A stretch of DNA of 64,000 nt, taken from NCBI RefSeq assembly GCF_009914755.1, contig NC_060930.1, one strand, 5' to 3'. Origin of the DNA: the human T2T-CHM13v2.0 reference genome, Homo sapiens. Shown piece by piece: positions 1 to 15,345 of the stretch. The stretch's first letter is position 1. Every line of letters starts with the position of its first letter. Below the pieces are notes generated by a model. The model did not search any database. It was given only the letters and a program-made list of their open reading frames with translations, and had not been told where the DNA came from. Made by a program: the position numbers and the translations under genes.

Positions 1-1355
1 AGTGCCAGACAGGCAAGAGCTGCCCAGAGAGAGGGCTCTGGATTTCCGGAGAGGATCCCCTGGTCCTCGGCTGGGCACTGATCGATATATGGGTGAGCAT
101 AGGGGCTCACGTGGCAACTGCGGAAAAAACTCCAGAAAGGACAGGCAGAAAAATCTCTGAGCTCATGTGCATCAGGGAATAGTTTGTGCTCCCAGCAGCC
201 GCGGGAGGATGAACTTTGGGTATGATACTCAGAAGGGTATTACTTCAATGGTGGCGAACAAACAGCCCTGGACTGAAAGCTGCTAACAGCTTAAAAAGCA
301 AGTCTACAAGTCTTCTTGGAGAAGTGATTGATTCTAGGACTGGGCCAGGAAATATATAAGCCAATAGTTAATGCAGTAATAATATAATACAAATATCTCA
401 TAATGCCAGAAAATAAGAAAGTGCTCCAAAAAGGCCACAATATTGGGGAATGGGGGAATGTCAAAGGGGAACAGGAGCCAACTGAAAGAGTTCCAACAGC
501 CAGACTGGAACACGTAAGAAGCAAAATAAACAATAGAGTGCTGGATTATAACACAAAGTATAAAATAAAAATCCATCCGATTATACCAATATAAATGAAT
601 GCGGGATGGATGAATGAATGAATGAATGAATGAATGAATGAAGAGAGAAATCTCCCATGCACAGGAATTCCAAGTAATTCATACTCTTCCCCCAACAAGA
701 TGGAACATAACTCCCCACGCTTTAGTGTGGGCTGTACATAAAGGCTTCCTTCCAGAGAGAACGGGTTGGAAAGGGAGGAAAGAAAGTAACTTCACAGTGG
801 AGGAAGCTGACGACCACTGCTTCCACCACGTGACCAAGGCCAACGTCAAGAGTGAAGCCAGGCTGACAGTATGTCCCCTAGCTCTGGTGTGATGAGAATG
901 GTACTCAACCTCTGCGATCTTCCACAAAAAAGAATCCCATAACCCCGGTCTAATCACAAGGGGAAAAAATAAGACACATGTCAATAGAGGGCCATTATGC
1001 AACATTCCTGACCAATGCTCCTCAAAATAGTCAATGCCACCCAAACCAAGGGAAGTCTGAGAAGGTGTCACAGCCAAGAGAGGCTGAGGAGGCATGACAA
1101 CTAAATGCAGTGTGGGATCCTGGACAGGAAGAGGACAGCAGGGGAAAAGTGAGGGAATCTGAATAAAGCATGGATGCTGGTGAAAATAATGTAGTGACGT
1201 TGGTTCACTCCTTCTGACTAACATACTCGTGTACCAGGCTAATGTGTGATGTTAATATCAGGGGAACCTCAGTGGGGGAAATATGGGGACTCTGCAGTAT
1301 CTTTCCAATTTTTCTGTAAATCTAAAGCTTCTAAAATAAAAAGTTTATTAAAAAG
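1..1355 (+). mobile_element. Old LINE-1 3' region (L1MC/L1MD-like)
   Basis: Resembles the L1M 3'UTR (gtgggatcctggacagga..., ggggactctgcagtatcttt...tgtaaatctaaa) and ends in aaaataaaaagtttattaaaa. Confidence 0.7.
611..642 (+). repeat. (TGAA)8 microsatellite
   Basis: Eight perfect TGAA units read directly. Confidence 0.95.
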
Positions 1356-3871
1356 TAATTATATAAACTTAATTACATAATTAAAACAAAGGCAATAAAT
1401 ATTTTTTAAAGCGTTCACTTTACCAGATTATTTTAAATATTAAAAAAATACCAAGATGAAACAAAATACACAGCACAGCTGAAGTAGCTACCTCCCCCTT
1501 ATTCTTTACCTCCTTCTCCTTTCCATCCTCACTATGACAGCCCTTCCTAATATCACAAGTGATGTTAGTGGCTCCATAGAGTAACATAATGAATTTAGAT
1601 TGAAAAACCTGAGTTACTTCATTACAAAAATAAATCAGGCCACTCAGTGCCTTCAGCTTGAGCTATCCCTTGAGATAAGCAGTCAGCCTGTCCAGGACCC
1701 TTCTGGTTTCCAGGCCTCCCAGTCTCTTGCGAGTGGCAAGTGTCCATGAGGGAGTGGGTAGGTCTGGGTACCTGGCATGGACCTCCATGGCTTCTGCACC
1801 CACCTTTTAGAACCACCGTTTCCCCTACTGTTCACCTGCTGTTCACTTTCCATCTCCTCAGCAACTCGGAAATGTAGACAGTTCCTGTTTCTCATGTGAG
1901 ACACACAGGGCTAGGAGAAGCGAATTCACTCCCCTACTTACAAAGCTGGAAAGCGGCAGAGCCAAGCTTCCAGCTAAGGCACGTCTGATCATAAAGCCTG
2001 CAGCCTTTCTGCTGCAGCACCTGCCTGTCTTCCAGCTCCCTCCCCACCTGTCCCAGTCCTTGCCGTCCTTGCTTTGTAATCCTGAACAGCTTGGCCTAGG
2101 GAGCTCCTGCACTCACACTGCCAAATCACTGCTCTGTAGCTGCTGTGGTCACACAGACACAGTCAGGCATGCACAGAGGAACCTGTTACGAATGCTTAGT
2201 CCTGGAGCTCACACAGTAGACACACCTAGCTGTATCTAAAATGGAGTGTACAAAAAGCGTACCTGTAGAACTTTCACTGTCACCGTTGTGATCCTTCCAT
2301 CTGATAAGCTTTCTGGAAGTAAGAGAAAGAGCCATGTTACAATGTACAGTGTGTGCCCTACCTTATCCTGACCTTTGCCTCCAGTGTGCAGTCACAAACC
2401 TTTAATGGTCCTGGCAATTTGGCATTATGGTGGAGCTGCTGATTTGTGATTTTGTCTTTAAACTTTTACTCTCTTTAACTTGACCTGGAAATGGATACAT
2501 TTGACAGGGAAGAAGGCAAGTTATACACAGTGTATGTCAGGTTACACTATGTACCTAGAGGTGGTAGCGTTTTGGTTGTAAAACATCAGTGTCAATGTTG
2601 TATCTGGGCAAAGTAATACAGTACCCAGTTCTATTTCAATTTCCAAACCAGAGGAATACAAAGAGCTTATGCAAGTCAATTGTAAAATCACTACTTATTC
2701 TGGCAAATGCTTAAAAATGTGTGAATTCTGGATATTATCACAGAAAAATGAAGTTTATTTCTGGCTCATTCTTTTGTAGGACAGACCTGCTCACCTTACA
2801 AAAGGAATAGAGGTCTGGAGACGTTGACGCTTAGGAAAATAAATTTAATTAACACCACCTTTATTTTTCACTATAAATGACAACCTCTTACTCTTGTAGC
2901 ATAGCAAATGCAGGCACCCACAGAAATTCAGGACTCCGGATTGCTTTGCTAATCCTGGTGTGTCCATGGGCAGGTCTTGCATGTGAGTGAGCATTGCTCA
3001 AGGTGCAAAGAGCACCGCTAAGCAGCACCGCAGAGCTTTCAAAGGGGCTTTTGCATATTTGCACAGGCCATTGTTGCAGACAGGAGGGTGGCGCTTTGAG
3101 CAGGAGCCCCAGGATGATTCGGCCCAGGTGTAACACGGCCCCTCCCCAGCCAAGTGGCAGCCCCAGAGAACAGTGGAAAAGCATATTGCCGTCTTGCTCT
3201 ACTGTGTTCTCCAAAGACATGAAATTTAGTCCATATGTTTAAATCTCTCTTTGGCTGATTGCCTTGTGCAGTTGATACATATAGTACAACAAAATAAAAT
3301 TAAAAAATAAATCAGTTTGGAAGCAAACTTGAAGGGGAGAAAATGCTGCAGCCCTGTGCAGAGAGCACATGTGAGCATCTTAAACACGCCATTGTGTGTG
3401 TGTGTGAGTGCGCGTGTGTCGAGCTTTGCTTTCAGAGTGCCATTTATAAAATATTTATCATAGTTTCACTGATGAGGTTCAAAAAGAGCCTTTGTTATTG
3501 ACAAGGAGCCAAAGCACTTTGCTAGTTTAGGAGGCCATCGTTGGGTTGCAAGAGTGAGGACCCAGGCAGAAGGCAATGTTGGGATCCAGGGGACAGTGGG
3601 CAGGTCTGGTAATGTCAGGAACAGCACACAGCTGCCTCCAGGTTGAGCCAGTCTTCTAATGGCATCGCCAATGGGAAGGGTCTGGAAGGACAATCCATGG
3701 GATTTATTATCCTTTGCTGTCCCCGCATGTATGGCCCTGGGGAGGAGGAGTCAGGCCCTCTAGCACAGAGTCCATGAATGTGGCTCAGTTGGTCTTCTTC
3801 TAGCTCTTGCTGCTACTCCTACATTTTCTTCTATAGCCTAAAATCACAGAGAAAACAAACTTATTAAGTCA

Positions 3872-4575
<704 letters not shown>

Positions 4576-4639
4576 AGCCTACACATTTAAAAACTTTCAA
4601 CACATGGATTTCACCTGTACCCCTGCCCACACCCTCCCC

Positions 4640-5410
4640 AGCATGCGTTTTTCAAAGCATACAACTCACTGGCTTTTCGTATAGTCACAGAGTTGTGCGT
4701 TCGTCGCCACAGTTGATTTTAAAACGTTTTCATGACCCCGAAAGAAACCCAAGACCCCTCAGCAATCACCGCCCTTTCCCTGCCACTGCCCCCTGTCTCC
4801 TTGTTCCTGACACCACAGCCCCAGGAAACCCCTGATCTACTTGCTGTTTCTACAATTTACCTATTCTGGACATTTGTATATAAGGAATCATATAATATGT
4901 GGTCTCTTGTGTCTGGCTTCTTTTACTCAGCATAATGATGTCAAGGTTCATTCATATTATAGCATGTATCAATATGGCATTCCTTTTTATTGCAGCATAG
5001 TAGTTCATTGTATGAATATGCCATACTTATCCATTCATTATTTGATGGACAGTTGGACTGCTTTCACATTTTGGCTATTTATGATGCTGCTATGAACATT
5101 TATATATGTTTTTCTGTAGATTAACTTTAATTTCTCTTGGGTGTATGCCTAGGAGTGCAGTTGCTGAGTTACACATGATAACTATGTTTAACCATTTAAG
5201 GAATTACCAAACTGTTTTCCAAAGTGGCCACACTGTTGTATATTTGTACTAGAGTGTATGAGGGTTCAAATTTCTCCACATCCTCACCAACACTTGTTAT
5301 TATCTCTTTTTTATTATAGCCATCCTAGTGGCTACAAAGTGTTACCTCATTCTAATTTTGATTTGCATTTTTCCCTGATGGCCAGTAATATTGAGAGTTT
5401 TTCATGTGCT
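4640..5410 (-). mobile_element. L1M (L1MB-like) 3' fragment
   Basis: Typical antisense L1 text: ttctggacattt..., tagttcattgtatgaatatgcc, ttttccaaagtggc, catcctcaccaacacttgttatt. Confidence 0.85.
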
Positions 5411-5699
5411 TATTTTTCCAGCTATTCTTTTGAAGCTAATTTGGGATGTCATTTCATCTATAAATACTCATATAGTATACCTATAACAGGATAAAGACAC
5501 TTTTAAAGAACATAACTGCAATATTGCTATCACTACCTTAAAAAAGTCTCTAATTATTACATATAGAGTGCTCAGATTTTCTTGTTTTCCATGTTTGTCT
5601 CATACTTAAAAGAAAATTAATTGGTTTAATCTAGATCCAAACAAGGCCCACACTTACATTTGGTTAATATTTATCTTGGGGGTCTTGTTTTTTTTCCAG

Positions 5700-6667
5700 C
5701 TCAGGGGATCCCCCCTACCCATTCCCCTGAGCTTGAAAAACAAAACAAATCCCCAAAATGTTGTTCCTCTGCTCTCATTCCACAACAATCTACACAGAGG
5801 ACTTCTGTGGCCAGATGTACAGGGATTTCTCCCCGCCAACAAGCAAGCAATCAGTTCTGCAGCAAACACCAGCAGGTGTCCTCCAATTCAGTTCTGACAC
5901 TGTCTACCTGGAGGGCCCACAGGTTGAGGGCTCCATCTCACCAGACTGCTTCCACTTAAGATGACTTCACAAGCCTCAGCTGGCTGTAATTCAGGGAACC
6001 CACAACTCCCTCCTTGGGTTTGATTAATTTCCTAGAGCAGCTTACAGAACTCAGAAACATGTACCAACATCTACTGGCTTATTTTGAAGGATATAACAAA
6101 GGATACAGATGAAGAAGTGCAGAGGGCAAAATATGGGGGAGGGGGAATGGAGCTTCCATGCCCTCTCTGGGTACACTACCCTCCAGGAACCTCCACATGC
6201 TCAGCTATCTGGAGGCTCTCTATACACCGTTCTCCCAAAGCTTGTGTGGAGACTTCATTGGATAGGCATGTTGAAGCATGGACAACCAGGTAGATATGTG
6301 ATTGGACAAAAAGGGTGTGATCTAATACTAATAGACTGAGTGGGGAACCCAGCAAGTCCTGTCTCTTCAGATTCTTCTTCGTCTCTCTGTGCAGCATTCC
6401 TTCCCCCTGGGATGAGGCAGGGCCCCTTCAGAAATGGGGAACTTATAACCTACAGTCAGACAAGGTAGATAAGAGAAATGTGGGGGTAGATTAGAGTCCT
6501 GCCTTGGGGAGAAAAAGGAGCAGGGAAAAAGAAGGTAGAAGGTCAGAGAGAGATTCTGTTTTCTAAGGCCTGCATCTGAGACCTAAAGTGCCCCAATGTT
6601 GTAACAAAAGACTGTAACAAAGGTCGTGGGAGTTATGAGCCAGGAACCGTGGATAGAAACATAGATA

Positions 6668-6723
<56 letters not shown>

Positions 6724-6742
6724 TATGTGTATCTCTCTCACA
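5700..6742 (-). mobile_element. MER21-family LTR, inserted in an older L1ME-like fragment
   Basis: MER21-like motifs cagcaggtgtcctccaattcagttctgacactgtctacctggag, ccttgggtttgattaatttcctagagcagcttacagaactcag and ttatgagccaggaaccgtgga. Flanks at about 5440-5700 and 6745-7140 look like L1ME. Confidence 0.8.
6674..6721 (+). repeat. (TG)24 microsatellite
   Basis: Uninterrupted TG run of 48 bp. Confidence 0.97.
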
Positions 6743-7228
6743 ACCCCCTCTCTAGCCATTCTGTTGTTTTTGAAGAAACTGGGTTGTTGGCCCTGTGCAG
6801 TTTCCCATGTTTGGAATTTTGCCAGTTGTATCCCCATGGTGTCATTTAACATGTTCTTCTATCCTCTGTATTGCCTGAAAACTAGTAGCTGAATCTAGAG
6901 GCTTGATCAGATTTAAGTTCATTTGGTTTGGGTTTTGGCAAGACTACTTCATGAGTGGTGTATCTACTTACTTCCATATATCTCTCCTTTCATGCTATTG
7001 AGATTGATCAATAGATTCAGGTGTTGTTAACTGAATATATTTAATTATAAAATTCCCACATCAGCTTTTTACATAATATATTCCACAGCCATTGATGAGC
7101 ACTGCCTAAGTCCATTATCCATCAGGGAGCTGGCTTTCCTCATAACTCTAGTAAATGCCTCCTAAGAATGCAACAGTGCTTTTTCTACCATGCCCTAGTT
7201 CCCTCATATTGCAAAGGCATGAAAATGA

Positions 7229-7647
<419 letters not shown>

Positions 7648-8464
7648 TAGACTGAAAACTTCCCAAGGGCAGGCACTAGGTCTGTCTTGCTAGTTCTCAG
7701 TGCCCACCCACCCCCAACTGGGCCCATGGTGGGATCTTGCTAAGTAGTTGTTGAGTAAATGAATCAGGTACTTGTTACTGTATACCCTTTTTGAAGATTT
7801 CCTGTGATACAACTGTTGGCGGCATTTTTGCTGATAGCTTTTCAACAACTTCCCTATTTTCAGACGATGCCACTGTTCAACAGTAAACCGGGTGAAACAG
7901 GCTGTAACTTACATATACACACAAGAGACATTTGAAATATCAAATTTAAGCCTGGCAATTCAGAATGCAAGCTCATTTTTTTTTTAAACCAAAGCCTCTT
8001 TTACCTAATTGAGCCAGAAAATATGTGGCCCTTTTCCCTCCCAATTTGCAGCTTCAGTTCTCCTTGACTGAGTAGCTAATGGAAGATGGGGCCTGTTCCT
8101 GCTCTGCTTGTGAAATCTGACTCTCAGCCCGAGGCTGTGTGGCTTCATATTTTGGATCTGAAAATAAAATGCTTTTATTTGATCCTGGCGTATTAAATTC
8201 AGGTTAGGTGTGTTGCAAAACAGGGAAATGTTATCTAGAATCTTCCTGCTAATACTGAATCTTTGGTTCTTCTGAGCCACTGTGTCTTACCAGTCTTCCT
8301 GTGGAAGATGGCGGGAATGTTTCTAATCCCACTTTGAGCCTGAGTGCTTGCACCTTATGCAGAACAAATCACAATTCGTATCATAGTCAGGATCTGAGAT
8401 TTGTCTCTCACCTCACTCCCTCTCCTACGGATTTAGTTATGCTCATCTGAAGTAAAGGCTGCCT

Positions 8465-8776
8465 GACTGGGTGCAGTAGCTCATGCCTATAATCCCAGCA
8501 CTTTGGGAGGCTGAGGCAAGAGGATAGCTTGAGCCCAGGAGTTCAAGACCAGCCCGGGCAACAAGGTGAGATCCCCTCTCTACAGGAAATTTAAAAATTA
8601 GCTGGGTCTGGAGGCACACACCTATGGTCCCAGCTACTTGGGAGGCTGAGGTGGGAGGATCTCTTGGGCTGAATGGTCAAGGCTACAGTGAGCTGTGATC
8701 ACACCACTACACTGCAGCCTGGGTGACAGAGTGAGGCAAGACCCTGTCTCAAAAAAAATTAAAAAAAAAAAAAAAA
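8465..8776 (+). mobile_element. Alu (AluJ-type)
   Basis: J-type motifs aggatagcttgagcccaggagttcaag and ggctacagtgagctgtgatc; TSD core GCTGCCT at 8458-8464 and 8865-8871. Confidence 0.95.
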
Positions 8777-8865
8777 GGAAGAAGAAAGAAAAAGAAAGGA
8801 AAGAAAGAGAGAAAGAGAGAAAGAAAGAGAAAGAGAGAAAGAAAAGAGAAGAAAAGAAAAAAGAG
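8761..8865 (+). repeat. Pure purine (A/GAAA/GAGA) tract, expanded Alu tail
   Basis: 105 consecutive A/G bases. Confidence 0.93.
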
Positions 8866-9763
8866 CTGCCTGCTGTAGCTGAAAGATAGCACTTAGATGC
8901 TAATGTGGGATTTTGAAAGCGGGAGACCTTTCTTCAGAAATCTCAGGTAAGGCAGTTGCGAGGGCACAACTCAATGCCCTCGTGAGGCCTCAACTCTCTG
9001 GGGCCTCACACAAAGATGAGCTTTATGTGGACTTTACCAGAAGTTCCAGGGATGCGGCCAGCCAGGAGCTGTGGCTGTCACCAGTTTGTCATTGGTGTGA
9101 CACTAACAGAGAGAAGGTACATCTTACCAAGACAAGGTAGTTCAAGTTCAGGTTCTGTAGCATCATTCAGCTCATCTGAAAGCTTGTAGTTGATTTTATG
9201 TATTGCAGCCCATTCAAAAATAATCTTGTAAAGCATAGTGTTTGCTTAAACTTGAGACAGCTTGCAATGTGGCTTCCGTTTAGTGTGACACAAACCTGTT
9301 GTGGACTCTCTATTATACCACAGAAATTGTTATAACCACCACGTCTATTGTCTTCCAGAAGGACACTTGAGAGTCACTTGTAAAAGTTGGCCTGTGCTTT
9401 CCTATTAAAAACTGCTGTTTAAATGGTAGTTAGTCTCCTGTTTAGTATGCGGTGTAGCTAGATCACCCTGCATTCACAATGCTCTACATAAAAAAAAAAA
9501 CAACACTGCTGCAATACCAATAGTTAAAAGCAATTCCATTAAATACATTGCGAACTAGTTTTAAATTTTTATCTTGATGTAGGCACTTAAGAAAAAGGAA
9601 GGGATAAAAAATAGTTGGAGACATTTATAGTGATTCTGAGGGTAACTTCTGAGTTCTGGGGCTTACAGACTCTTGCCATTGGGTCTTCATCTAAGTAGCG
9701 CTACTCAAACGTGTATGAGCCCTAGTTAAAGCATTATGGCTCACAAGAAAATAAAACAAACAC

Positions 9764-9832
9764 ATCAGTTTTCCAGATGTTAATTGATCAGTTTTCCAGA
9801 TGTTAATTGATCAGTTTTCCAGATGTTAATTG
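9764..9832 (+). repeat. Perfect tandem repeat, 23 bp x 3 (ATCAGTTTTCCAGATGTTAATTG)
   Basis: Identical units at 9764-9786, 9787-9809 and 9810-9832. Confidence 0.97.
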
Positions 9833-9945
9833 GAGATGTTTTGAAAGAGAGAAGCTTCAGAAGGCAGACAAATACTAAAGAGAATGTGTCTTTACAATAT
9901 TCATTCAGCATTTATTGTGTACCTAGCATGCCCTAGGCTCTAGAG

Positions 9946-11721
<1,776 letters not shown>

Positions 11722-11729
11722 CACTAGAT

Positions 11730-12150
11730 ATACAGTTTGACATAGACAAGACGTTTTTCTTGTAAAGGGGGAAGATAGATAATAAACAAAATACATCAGG
11801 GGTGCTGTAACCAAAACAAAGCAGTGCGCTGTGACAGAGGGGTTATCTCAGGTGGGATGGCCCTGAAAGGCTGCGGAGGCAGTGACGTTTAAGATGAAAC
11901 TTAAGAGCAGGTCGACTGGGATAGCCAGCCCAGGCTTGATGGCAAGAGCTCACAGGGAATGTTCCAGGGGCAGCAGAAGAACCCCTGTGCTGAGCATGGT
12001 GAGGAGGGGGATGCGCAGGGAGAGAAATGGTCAGTGAGGCTGTCAAGGGCTACACTGATCGGGCCTGAGGAACCAAGGTGAGAGCTGGATTTTATTCTGA
12101 GTGCAACGAGGATGTCCTTGGAGGGGTGTGAAGCAAGGTGAAAGGTCATG
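11730..12150 (-). mobile_element. L2 fragment (continues from about 9895-9937)
   Basis: Antisense L2 motifs: gtgacgtttaagatgaaactt, gggaatgttccagg, ggattttattctgagtgcaa. Confidence 0.7.
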
Positions 12151-12749
12151 TCCACCTTGTAGCCTCAGGAAGTCTCCCCTCACCCCACTTCCACCTCCAT
12201 TCTTCTCTAGGGGGCCACGACTGGGTTTGAAACTCTAAACCCTAGTTATGAAGTTGTAAATATAAGTGAAAAAGAAAATCCCAAAAGATTACATACAGCA
12301 TGGTATTCATTTTATAAAATAAACAACTTATTAAAACCTCAGAGCTATCTACAAAGGAAGTCAAGGGAGCAATAAAAAAGGATTCAGAACAGTGATTCCC
12401 TGAGAGAGGGCAGGCAGGAGGATGAGTTGGGGAAGACTCCACAGATGGACAAAAGTCCTCATCCGAGTTCCGGTTCTGGGGGTGAGTGGTGTTTTGTGGG
12501 TGTTTGTGATCTTATTAAGTAAGGGTGAGTGAGTGAAGGTGACAGGCCACGAATGGGCCACTCACGAGTGTGTCGGGAGCCGTGGGTCATGACAGACCCA
12601 AGTACGTGCCCCTGGGTTTGATATAAAAAGAGAATAAGGGTAGAAAAGAAACAAAGCTCATATCTATATATTTCATTTATTTACATGCCGTTTGATTTCT
12701 AGCTTGTTCAACCCTAGTTATTGCAAATATCAAGTGTAGTATCATGGGT

Positions 12750-12950
12750 CATGGGAAAAGGCTGCTGGATTCAAAACTCGGCTTTGTGTGCACCCTTGGA
12801 CACGCTGCAGACCCTTCCAGGCCTCAGTGTCTTCATCTTCTTCATCTATGATGTGGAATAATTGCAGGATCCGCTCATAGGCTTGTTGAGAACATCGAAC
12901 AGGACAATGCCTGTGAACCGCTGTCACAAGCCTCTCAGTCACGTTTACTG
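12750..12950 (+). mobile_element. MIR fragment
   Basis: gcctcagtgtcttcatct...ctcataggcttgttgag, MIR core-like. Confidence 0.6.
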
Positions 12951-14859
12951 CACAGGTGGAGATTCTCTCTCCTGTATACACTGCCTCTCTCGATCCATTT
13001 TTCCTTTCTTTATGTAACTGGGAAAAACCAAGAATGAAGCAGGTTTGTTTTTGTTTTGCGTGTGAGGAAAAGGTTGTTGAATCTGTTCTCAAGAATGTTT
13101 GAATTAAATTCTCTTTGCCTGGGGATGGTATTTTTATCTTATATGATTGTTCTTTGAACAAGCAGTAAGAAAACAAAATGAAATTGGGAGGCTCCTTGCT
13201 TTCTTCCTGAAAAGAGGCTTCAGGGCTTTGGGCCAAACTGTGCCTTGAAATGAATTTTAGAAGCGGCCACAGCAGGCGGTCTCTGTTGTGAGGGGCCCAG
13301 CTAGTGACAGGCACACTCCCCCAAGACAGAGGAAACACCCTGCAGAGCGGTGGCCACGCTGGGGTGGCCACACTGGGCTGTCCACCGCACAGGGGCTGTC
13401 AGAGAAAGAGTGGGCTCGGCGGGAAAGGAAGGGCCGCCCCAGTGGGTTACACGGGAGGCCGCTCCAGGCAAGGGTTTTCAATTTCAGTTCCCTTTTCCCC
13501 ACACTGCGTGGTTTCACTTCTCTGATGGGGCTTAGAATCTGCGCCATTAGGCAGCTTCCACAGCTTAGACGCCTTTCCTAAGGAAGGGTTGGCACAGGGC
13601 TGTCAGCCATCAGAGACCTGAGAGGGCAACCACCGGTGCCCTCCCTGCTGGATTCAAGAGGAGCTGGGTGATTCTGGGTTCCAGGATGAAGAGGAGCTAG
13701 CAGGGACAAGGAGTAAGCAGAATGTTTGCACACAGGAAATGACAGGGGACTCCGTTGCTGGAGCCATCCCTTCCCTTTGTGGTCATCACGAAATATCCAT
13801 GACCATAGTAGTGCCACTGTGGCCTGAGTCTCAGGATTGCCTGTGCCCATGAGGTGGCCAGAGCCAGCTCTGAGTCCCCAGGGTGGCCCACAGCCAAGGA
13901 ACAGAGCCCCCAGGACGCAAAAAGAAACCACCACTAGTTGAGAAGGGAGGAGGAGAACTCCTCTCATGACTGTGCCTGGCAGGAGACAGCGCATCCTGCA
14001 GCCTGAGCCTGGTGCTCTACGGGGGCCAGCCGAGGCTAAGACTGTCCCTCACGGAAGGATCTTGAGGCTTCTGTGTCCTCCCCGACACTGGCTGCACTCA
14101 CCTCCCCTCAGCCTCTGTGCATAGCAGCCCACCGTACTTCAGGACCACTCTTTGTAATCAGGGAATTCTTCTTTACATTGAGCCATAATCTGCCCCATAA
14201 TTTCCACAGATGAATCCTAATTCAGGTCTCCACAGTAACATGAAATACATCTGCCCCTTTTTGGAATATATGTTAGGTCTACTCTGTGTCCTGCACCATG
14301 CCAGGCAGCAGACAAGACACAGACATAGACCTTTCCTTCCAGGAGACTAAAACGTAGTGGGGCAGATGCCATTAAACAAATAATCACACAAAATTCTAAA
14401 GATGAAATGAAGTTTCTCGCTATTACCGTGTTACCACACGTGGAAAACAGTCAGCTATGTCTTCTGTCTAAGGGAAGGTATTTTGCAATGGCCTGACTTA
14501 AAAGCCGTGGGATTTCCATGAAATCTCTGGATGATGCGGAGCAGACACCCCAGTGCTGAGCAGCTTTCTTTAGTTGAAAGAGAGGGTTAGTGATGGCCAA
14601 ATTCGTAGCCTGTTTTGGGGATGGCGTGATGACTTTGAACATGGGCGCTGGGGTGTATGGAGGAAGGTGAAGGGTGTCCGTGGGGAGAAAATTGGAAAGG
14701 AGCTTTGGAGGCAGGTTGGGCAAGGCATTAAGTGCCAGAGTAAGAAGTTGGAACTGCGTTTGATGATCATCAGGTGAGAAGACCTTTGAGCAGGGAGGGA
14801 AGTTAGGTCTGAGTTTTGAGGCAGTTATTTTAAAATGGTTCCAAGCATGGCCTCTGCAG

Positions 14860-15050
14860 CCTGGCTGCCCGGGCTCCAGTCCTGGCCACTGGCAGTGGGA
14901 AGAGTTACCTGGCCTCCCTGTGCCTCAGTTTCTACATCTGTAAAACAGAAATAATAGTGGTATGTACTTAAAAGAGCAAATGAGTTGATGCATGTGACAT
15001 TTTTGGAGCTTTGCCTAGCTGTGGAAAAGTGCTTTAAAAAGGTTAGCTGG
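14860..15050 (+). mobile_element. MIR fragment
   Basis: ctgtgcctcagtttctacatctgtaaaacagaaataatagt is the MIR core. Confidence 0.75.

Positions 15051-15345
<295 letters not shown>

Noticed and set aside
679-1224. 181-aa ORF
   Set aside because: It is antisense to an old L1 3'UTR and shows no protein-family features.
9764-9832. Direct repeats of CRISPR-like length
   Set aside because: The units are head-to-tail with no spacers, there are no cas genes, and the DNA is primate.
12742-13371. Longest ORF in the track (209 aa, minus strand)
   Set aside because: Non-ATG start, runs through a MIR, and has no recognisable domain.
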